From Octopus sinensis (Eukaryota): DNA of 60,449 nucleotides. Both the position numbers and the translations under genes were made by a program. Each line of letters starts with the position of its first letter. Positions within the stretch are counted from its first letter, which is position 1. The notes under the pieces were generated by a model. That model saw nothing but the letters and a program-made list of their open reading frames with translations, did no database searches and had not been told where the DNA came from. The stretch is from the NCBI RefSeq assembly GCF_006345805.1, contig NW_021832427.1:1-60449 (forward strand), read 5' to 3'. Below, in pieces: positions 52,698-60,449 of the stretch.

Positions 52698-53213
52698 GTA
52701 ACAGCATCTTTTCTATTAGATGACTTCTCTCAGTATGCATTCATATGTAAATACACACACACACATACATATACACACACGCAGACACATGTAGACATAC
52801 ATAGACACACTCACTCACACTCACACTCTGGAGAGACTAATTTCAATGTTGAGCTTGGTGAAAACGGAAGCCTGAACATAGAACGATAGAATGACTAGCA
52901 CATGGCATTTAGTCCTATGTGCTAACGATTCTGTTAACTCCCCGTCCTTAACTCTCTAAAGGTAATAGCATACTTGTAATGAACGCGTTTAAGGATAACC
53001 GAAGATAAAGCTGAAACAAATGCTGTTAGCTTCAAAACATGTCCTCCTTGATCTTTTAAATAACTCATATAACAAAATATCAATCCTTAAAATAAAATCG
53101 TTTTGTAAACCACTTGGAAGATATTCTTGGAAGATATTCAGCCTGACCTGACCAAGGCTCTTTGGCCATTCAATATGGCTCACAATAATAGCTTCTATAT
53201 AGATCTTAAAATA

Positions 53214-53269
<56 letters not shown>

Positions 53270-54920
53270 ATATAAATAATCACCAACAAAACTATTTTAT
53301 CATTTGCAAATCAGAATTCTCTGAATCCAAAAGCTACTCGAGCTCCATAATAGAAAAGAAAATTAAATTAGAAAATATCAGTATCGAACCATTGACGTCA
53401 GGAAACGATTTCAATTTTAGGATTAGATGAAGAGAAATGATATCAAGCAGAAAGAGAAAAAGATTAAAGCAGAAATTTAATAAAACCGTTTCATTACGTA
53501 ATAGTCTGACCAACTTTTGAGCATTTGGCATATCGGATTATGCATGGTGTTGGTGACGGTGTATTCGTACATCTATACTGTCAGTGATATATTTGATAAC
53601 AGTGAATTTATCAACGTTTTATGGGAAACTTTAGGCAAATGGTTACCGTTAATAGAGAAAATTCCATACCGTCGAAATAATTGAAGAATAATTGAAAGAA
53701 GAGAATTTCAAATAACAAACTATGGAAAACAAATAAAGGTCGAGCTTCACCAAAGATATATATATATATATCATCAAACAGCAAAAACAAAAAAAGAAAC
53801 GCGATTGAAATGGAACGAGTAGACTATTTCGAGTAGAATGAAAGCGTTAATAGAGACAGATCAAGATGAATATGGAATGTTCCTTTTGTGATATCCAATA
53901 ACTATACCGTTTAATATGAGATTCAAACTATCCATCAATCTTTTCAATGCGAAAATTATGTAATTATGGAGAGCAACTTACACGATTTTCGTAATTAACA
54001 ACAGATTAATTTGAGATAATATTTACGATCTTATGTAGGGAAAGATTAAAAATGATTGTTTCGAAATTCATATCTTCTCAACAGTTTAAATGTATATATA
54101 TAAAGACATATACGTACATATATATATATATAAAGAAAATCTGTATAATACCGACTCACTCTGTGCTTATAAGTTTCTTTACAGAATTTTTCATGCATAC
54201 ATACAAAACACACACACACACGCATATGCACACCCGTATACATATGTGTATACGCATTTATCTATCAATCTATCTATCCAAATATCTATCCCTCTACCTG
54301 TCTATTTATCTATCTATGGTGACGCACATATATATTTGTATATCATAAATATAAAAGAAAATATATGTACAGATATATACAAATACACAAACAAACCCAG
54401 GCACACAAAAGGTGTCTAATTGCAGGGACATTAGAAAGGCGACTAGAATTCCTGGTGGCAATTCCTCAGGCAGTCTATGTTCTGAGTTAAAATTATCCGT
54501 CAGTTAACTTTCTCTTTCATCCTTTCTTTGTCGATGAATAAATAACCGGTAGAAGATCACACATTGCGAATTGTAGATTTTTGGATGTGGTGACTTGCTG
54601 TAACAAACCTATGCTTTCTTAGTTCAAATCCAACCTCCTCCAGGATCTGGTAAATAAGTCACATGATTTGAAAACCCTTATACAATTGCCCAAGCACTTC
54701 AGCGGGGATGCTGTTGTATTTTCAGTCGTTTGCACTTAACACCGATATATTAAAGTTATGACAGACGGCACAAAGGAGGTTTAAGGATTTTGATTAAACC
54801 AAAATCGATTAAATTCTACCAAAACTCCCTATTAATATGTATTTTTCTTTTAGGGTCTTTTCCCTCTTTAAAGATGCCCTGATTTTCCTCCTTTATGGGA
54901 TATTGCGAGCGCGTATCATA

Positions 54921-55625
54921 TTAGGTTGGTAAGAAATGTCCTGAAGCATTTTTGACATAATCACTTTGAGAATGTATATAGAATACATTATACCCATTAC
55001 TTTTATATTCTATTTTGCTTTTACTTCTTACTTTGAAGATTACTTGATCAGATTGAGACAAATGCTTTGTATATTTTAATTGATAATTTGTGACATCTTG
55101 AATCTCCATGTGATATTAGTTTGATACAACTTGATTCCAATCGTTGCTGAAGTGTTTATATTTCATAAAATGTAAGCAATCGTTGTTGAAGTGCATATAC
55201 GCATTAATTGTTTATGCTTTATTTTACAGCTTTGATAATGAAAAGTGAACAAGTTTGTAGTCAGAGCCATTTTAAGCCACTTGTATTATTAAAATAAAGG
55301 ACTGAATGCAAGGGCAGCAGGAAAGAATTTAATAATGGGGACGGCCCGAGAACAATCAAGGATTGTGTGGCACAAAACTGGTTCAGACGTTTCAAGAAAA
55401 GTGACACCAGCCCCGAAAGCAAGCCAAAGTCAAGGAGACCTTCTGTTGTGGAAGATAAAGCCTTCTTAGAAATGGTTTAACAACGGTCAAGCAGATGCAA
55501 TTGTACATCGTCGGCAGCACCTGGTCCTCACAAAGCGCAATCAATCAACACCTCTAAAAGATTGTCCTTGTGAACAGACGCAGTCGAGAAGCTCCCCATG
55601 AACTGACCAATGATCAGGCTCAAGA
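54921..55625 (+). mobile_element. Degenerate mariner 5' part
   Basis: TA|TTAGGTTGGT TIR-like start; remnants QNWFRRFKKSDTSPE.KPKSRRP and EAPHELTNDQAQ (WVPHELT-like). Confidence 0.7.
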
Positions 55626-56290
55626 TCCCAAAGTCGATATAGTCGACTACCCTTCCCCCAAATTTCAGGCCTTGTGCCTATAGTAAAGCGGATGACAAGA
55701 AGAGTTCGTATGTGTGTGTGTGTATGTATGCGTATGTGTGTTTGTGTGCGTGCGTGTGCGCGTATGCATACACAAATAAATAAAAAATATATACATGCAT
55801 ACATGTAAATTTATACTTACATATATATATGCAGATATATTCATGTGTACACGCTCAAACATACACACATCACACACACATATACAGACACATTCACAAA
55901 AGTATATGTGTGTATTTGTATATATTGACGTATCTATTTGTTTCCTTTCAAAATAGGTTTACGAGGTGTATGTAAATTGAAAAAAAATCACTTCTAATAA
56001 AGAAATAACAATATCCATTGGAGATGCACGAATTCATTCCTTATATACACTAGAAGATGAGTAATAAACTTTTTATAGGTTTTATGTCGAAAAGGTATTT
56101 TTTTTCCTCCATATTTCTTTTCTCTTTACACATTAAATATTTCTCTATCAATCAGAAAACTGTCTGGCTATCTTAGTGTTGCCACATATGCGGACACACA
56201 TACATGTACTAAAACATACAAACACGCACATACATATATACTTGAAGTTGGCATGTTATGGATTATAGCTGTGATTGGGGCTGATTAGTA

Positions 56291-56818
56291 ATGAACACAA
56301 TCCTCCAAACACACACGATCATAAAAAGCAAGAGACAGCCTAAATCCATGAAAAGTCTCCTAACACAAGCCCGAATTCACTCTTCAACACAGAAGCCGAC
56401 AGTAAAAAAATGTGGAAGACCCAATTGCGGGATATGCGACTATCTAATTGAGGGATCAGAGTTCTCCTTCAAACAGGGACAACGGTTTACAGTGAAAAGC
56501 AACTTCACATGTGCTTCGGAGAACCTAATATACTCACTAACCTGCTCCGGGTGTCAAGAGCAGTACGTAGGCCAAACAAAAAATAGTTTGCGTAAAAGAA
56601 TGGCCCTGCACAGATCCCAGATAAAAATTCCCCAAAACAGAAAAATAGCTTTCAGCCAACACATAGATACTTGCGCCAACAACAAAACACCAGGCTTCAG
56701 GATTTTCCCCCTCTACCAATTTAGGGACGATACAACCTCGAGACAACGAATAAGTAAAGAAACTCTCTTTATTACAAAATACAGGCCACTTCTTAACGGG
56801 TCTACGACAAACGATTAA
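56291..56818 (+). CDS. PLE-derived zinc-finger plus GIY-YIG endonuclease, uninterrupted 175-aa ORF
   Basis: CGRPNCGIC zinc motif; NLIYSLTCSGCQEQYVGQT (GIY/YIG motifs); RKRM Arg, KE Glu and PLLN Asn are present. Expression unknown. Confidence 0.7.
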   Translation: MNTILQTHTIIKSKRQPKSMKSLLTQARIHSSTQKPTVKKCGRPNCGICDYLIEGSEFSFKQGQRFTVKSNFTCASENLIYSLTCSGCQEQYVGQTKNSLRKRMALHRSQIKIPQNRKIAFSQHIDTCANNKTPGFRIFPLYQFRDDTTSRQRISKETLFITKYRPLLNGSTTND

Positions 56819-56964
56819 TATACCTCAACTTTAGAATAAAAGAAATACACACACAAATATTACATTCCAAAGAATCCATTACTAATCAGCCCCAATCACA
56901 GCTATAATCCATAACATGCCAACTTCAAGTCATACAACACCTCACTACTTTCATCCATTCATAT

Positions 56965-57150
56965 TCTCCCTTCTCTGTTTTCTTCTTCTTCCTCTTCTTT
57001 TTCATCATCATCATTATCATCATCATCGTCATCATCATCACCACCATCATCATCAACATCTTCTTCTTCTCCTTCTCCTTCTTCTTCTTCATCATCATCA
57101 TCAACATCGTCATCTTCCTTCTTCTTCTTCTTCTTCTTCTTCTTCTGCTC
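56965..57150. repeat. (CTT)n/(CAT)n array
   Basis: Directly visible. Confidence 0.95.
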
Positions 57151-57500
57151 CACCTACCTCTTAACTTTATCACTAATGCTTTTTAGTAAAACACCTACGC
57201 AAATTCCATAAACAAATCTCTCAATAGAAATATTCTCCTGAATTGAACTGCAACTGCTAGCCGTCACTGACCATTCAAAATACAACAATCAAGGCACTCC
57301 CAAATTTTTCCACCCCCTCTGCTCTTCAGCCTTCTTCTTCTTCTACCCTACCAAGAATTCACAACGACCTCGAACACACAAGTGCAAACAAGGGAGTCAG
57401 AGAAAGGCAGAATGCCACTTATATTTGAACACTACTATACAAATATTCCTTTAAAAAAACTTTTCTTCTAATTTTTCTAAATTTAATTATTTAATCGTTA

Positions 57501-57537
57501 CAGTTGAAAGGTCTCAAAATGACCGAAACCGGTACTG
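57501..57537 (+). ncRNA. Degenerate minimal hammerhead
   Basis: CAG-(UUGAAA)-GGUC(UCAAAAU)GACC-GAAA-CCGGUA-CUG. Stems and palindromic ACCGGU are intact; the CUGAUGA core is damaged. Confidence 0.5.
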
Positions 57538-57623
57538 AAATGTTCTTTATAAAATTATTTTAACATTTTCTATTTTGACTTGTTTTTTCATATATATCAA
57601 CTCGTGTGTTCCTTTTCACCCTT

Positions 57624-57658
<35 letters not shown>

Positions 57659-57660
<2 letters not shown>

Positions 57661-57668
57661 CTATGGGC

Positions 57669-57715
<47 letters not shown>

Positions 57716-57723
57716 GCTATGGG

Positions 57724-57778
<55 letters not shown>

Positions 57779-57814
57779 CTATGGGCTATATATATATATA
57801 TATAGCTATGGGCT
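57659..57814. repeat. Four AGCTATGGGCT motifs separated by variable (AT)n
   Basis: At 57659, 57715, 57777 and 57804. Confidence 0.9.
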
Positions 57815-57874
57815 CCGTGTGAGTAATCATCTAAAAGTTTTTTGTGCATTTTGATGTTGACATAAGTTCCTTGC

Positions 57875-57957
57875 TTTTCCTGATGAGAAAGCGGCATAAT
57901 GTACTCCTTATTCCTTCGCAATTAGGAATATGCAGCCTTCGAAACATATGTCGAAAA
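57875..57957 (+). ncRNA. Type I hammerhead ribozyme with GUC cleavage triplet
   Basis: Stem I UUUUC/GAAAA, CUGAUGA, stem II GAAAGC/GCCUUC (one mismatch) extended by GCAUA/UAUGC and AUUCCU/AGGAAU, GAAA, palindrome ACAUAUGU. Predicted cleavage at 57952/57953. Confidence 0.85.
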
Positions 57958-58323
57958 TAAAGGAATTTTGTTTATTCGTCGTTCAGCTCCATTCTTTCAT
58001 ATATTTATATTTTTAAAATAAACATACAAATTTCCACACGATAGCACGTAATCTATGACCTAGGCACGTAACTTCAACCGTGTATTTCCTGATGTGAATT
58101 TGCTACCCAGGTATAGGTTAATTCGAATTATCCTTAATAAGATAATTCATTCAACTACTCAAATATATATATAACCGCTCATATATATGTCTGCATTTGT
58201 ATGCACACACATAAACACACATTCAATTGTCAGTGTCACCCTCTCTTTTTCTCTTTCTCGATCTCTGTCTCTGTCTCTGCCTCACTCCCTCTCTCTCTGT
58301 ATACACACGCACACACACACACG

Positions 58324-58407
<84 letters not shown>

Positions 58408-58430
58408 CACTTCCATGATAGATCGCTAGC

Positions 58431-58994
58431 CACTACACATTCTTTATTTTCTCTCCTTGATTATTTCTGTAGAAGAGCAGAAGAGCGTAGGCTCGAAATG
58501 TTAAAGACTTATTCGCTTTCCGAGCGTTATACTAATGCATCTATTTGTTATCTACACCACCTATCTTCGTCTTGTGTTTGTTTTTTTTGTGATTTTCTCC
58601 CTATATCAACTCCATCCATTACAAACACACAGACTCACACTCATACCTCATATTCTCATCCTCTACCCTAAACGCACCAAACTTTCCATCCCCTATTCCC
58701 AATTCCTCCGCCTACTCAGGCTCTGCAGTGACGACCATGACTTTGAAAATCCGTCTCACCTCATGAATCGCCACTTCATCCTACGTGGATATTCCATCAC
58801 CATTATCCACACGTCTCTTGATAGAGCACTACATACTCTTTATTTTCTCTCCTTGTTTTCTTCTGTGCTCCTTTCCGTGCAAGAGCGTAGGCTCGTAACT
58901 TTAAAGACTTTTTCGCTTTCCGAGCGTTAAACTAATACATCTATTTGTTGTCTACACCACCTGTCTTCGTCTTCTTTTTTTTTTGTGAATTCTC

Positions 58995-58998
<4 letters not shown>
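58431..58998 (+). mobile_element. Mini-PLE: two ~170-bp direct repeats flanking an RT-thumb coding fragment
   Basis: Repeats at 58431-58599 and 58826-58998. Between them: SIHYKHTDSHSYLIFSS.HPKRTKLSIPYSQFLRLLRLCSDD..RGYS..IHTSLDRA. Confidence 0.85.
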
Positions 58999-59036
<38 letters not shown>

Positions 59037-60449
59037 ACATATCTATGTCTATGTATGCAAAGTATTCTGCTCCTCGTGTAATTTACATTCACTTATATTG
59101 ATGTAGATATGTATCTACGCTTATATAGACAAACATATGTAAACCTACACATACATATCACTATATACAAAAGTAGTCTTTCATTCATTGTTATTTTTTA
59201 TGGTTCTTTATGCTAGAGTTTATTCAGTACATCTAGTAATTAATATTGTAGCCAATTCACCCACCCACATAACATATTATCATAAACGAATTTAACTCAC
59301 CAAAGCGTCCATGTCTAGTCGCTCCAATATATATATATATATATATATACCCACACACATATAGATATTTACGAAATTAGCTTCGTAAATATACGTTCCT
59401 ATGTATAGAAATCAATAGACGTAAAAAAATATCAAACACGTATGAGACAATATTTTTTTGTCTCCATACGTTCAACGTCAACAACTTAAATGGACATAGA
59501 ATGAAACAGAAAAGTGAGTACTTATTCTCCATTTCCCTTCCCCTCATTTCTCTGTCTTAAGACTTATGTGCATATATGTACATATATATGTGTACACACA
59601 TACATGTATGTGTGTATCTATCTATCTATATATAAACCAGAGTGTGTGTGTATGAGAGCACTTATAATTTTAAGAAGTTGTGAGCGTGTTTATGTAAGCT
59701 ATATATAAATATAAATACATAAATACACACACACACACATATATATATATATGCATACATATACACATACATATATATATGTGTGTGTATGTATACATAT
59801 ATATGTACATCTGTGGGAACTTATACTTATATGCAGTTTTTCACGCGTCTATAAAAACTATAAATATATGTGTGAGTGTGTTTGCTTTATGTTCTCATAC
59901 ACACCACACACACACACACACCACACACACATATATGTATATATATATATAATATGTACATATGTCTCTATGTATGTATGTAAGTATATGTGCGTATATA
60001 CAGGGTAAATATAGAACATCATAAAGGACAACATGAGCATAAACTATACAGTAAAATTAACAAACCACGACCCAGACATACGTCTGTTGTTCGAATAGAA
60101 TAAAAGAAATACAGTTGAGTATTGATTTTTTCTTTAAAGAAATGCAAATCAGTCAAAAAGACATAGTAATGGCTTAGTTAGAACTGAACAGCAGCGCAAT
60201 GCAAGGTATAGGACGTGATATGATGTCAGTCAGCAATATGGCGGCATGGCTGTATAGTTAATGACTGAGTGGTCAATGTTTTGTTCCTAGCAAGCATCGC
60301 TGATCTTAGTATCTCCCCTCGTAGAGCTGTCGTAGTTTGTCATAGTCTATAGCTTGTATGGTATTTGACATAAATCATCTATGAAGAGTCTGCCTATTCA
60401 TTTTGGTCGTTCCCAATGTTGCTCTTCTTCTTCTTCTTCTTCTTCTTCC

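Larger units (their letters stand above)
56240..57630 (+). mobile_element. 5'-truncated PLE with a 54-bp 5' inversion
   Basis: GIY-YIG ORF; 56240-56293 is the reverse complement of 56877-56930; degenerate HHR at 57501-57537; ends in (TA)n. Confidence 0.82.

Noticed and set aside
51224-53400. CRE palindromes TGACGTCA at 51224 and 53393
   Set aside because: An 8-mer is expected by chance and there is no promoter context.
57659-57814. CRISPR-like repeat-spacer pattern
   Set aside because: The repeat is 11 bp, the spacers are (AT)n, there are no cas genes, and the context is eukaryotic.

Overview
AT-rich eukaryotic DNA made almost entirely of repeats. The SINE families, maT and mariner relics and dense (TA)n/(CA)n/(AAT)n tracts look like an octopus (coleoid cephalopod) intergenic or intronic region; this is inferred from repeat style, not from a database search. 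I can support no host protein-coding gene, rRNA, true tRNA gene or CRISPR array, and most ORFs in the track are microsatellite or antisense artefacts. The window holds several tRNA-derived SINE families (labelled A-D here), three mariners, a maT/DD37D deletion derivative, a hAT MITE and foldback MITEs. It also holds a nearly intact 5'-truncated R4/Dong LINE, an RTE LINE tail and at least four Penelope-like element (PLE) fragments. The strongest signal is a set of type I hammerhead ribozymes (HHRs) read directly from the sequence: 8 with an intact core and about 6 degenerate, in several unrelated sequence contexts. They occur in (i) a tRNA-headed SINE with an HHR tail, present as a head-to-head pair flanked by an 11-bp target-site duplication (49128-50555), (ii) a 552-bp tandem HHR unit resembling a retrozyme (10121-11159, with an inverted-duplicated relative at 25508-26360), and (iii) PLE tails. 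All folds were worked out by hand, and coordinates of diverged repeats are approximate (about 10-20 bp).
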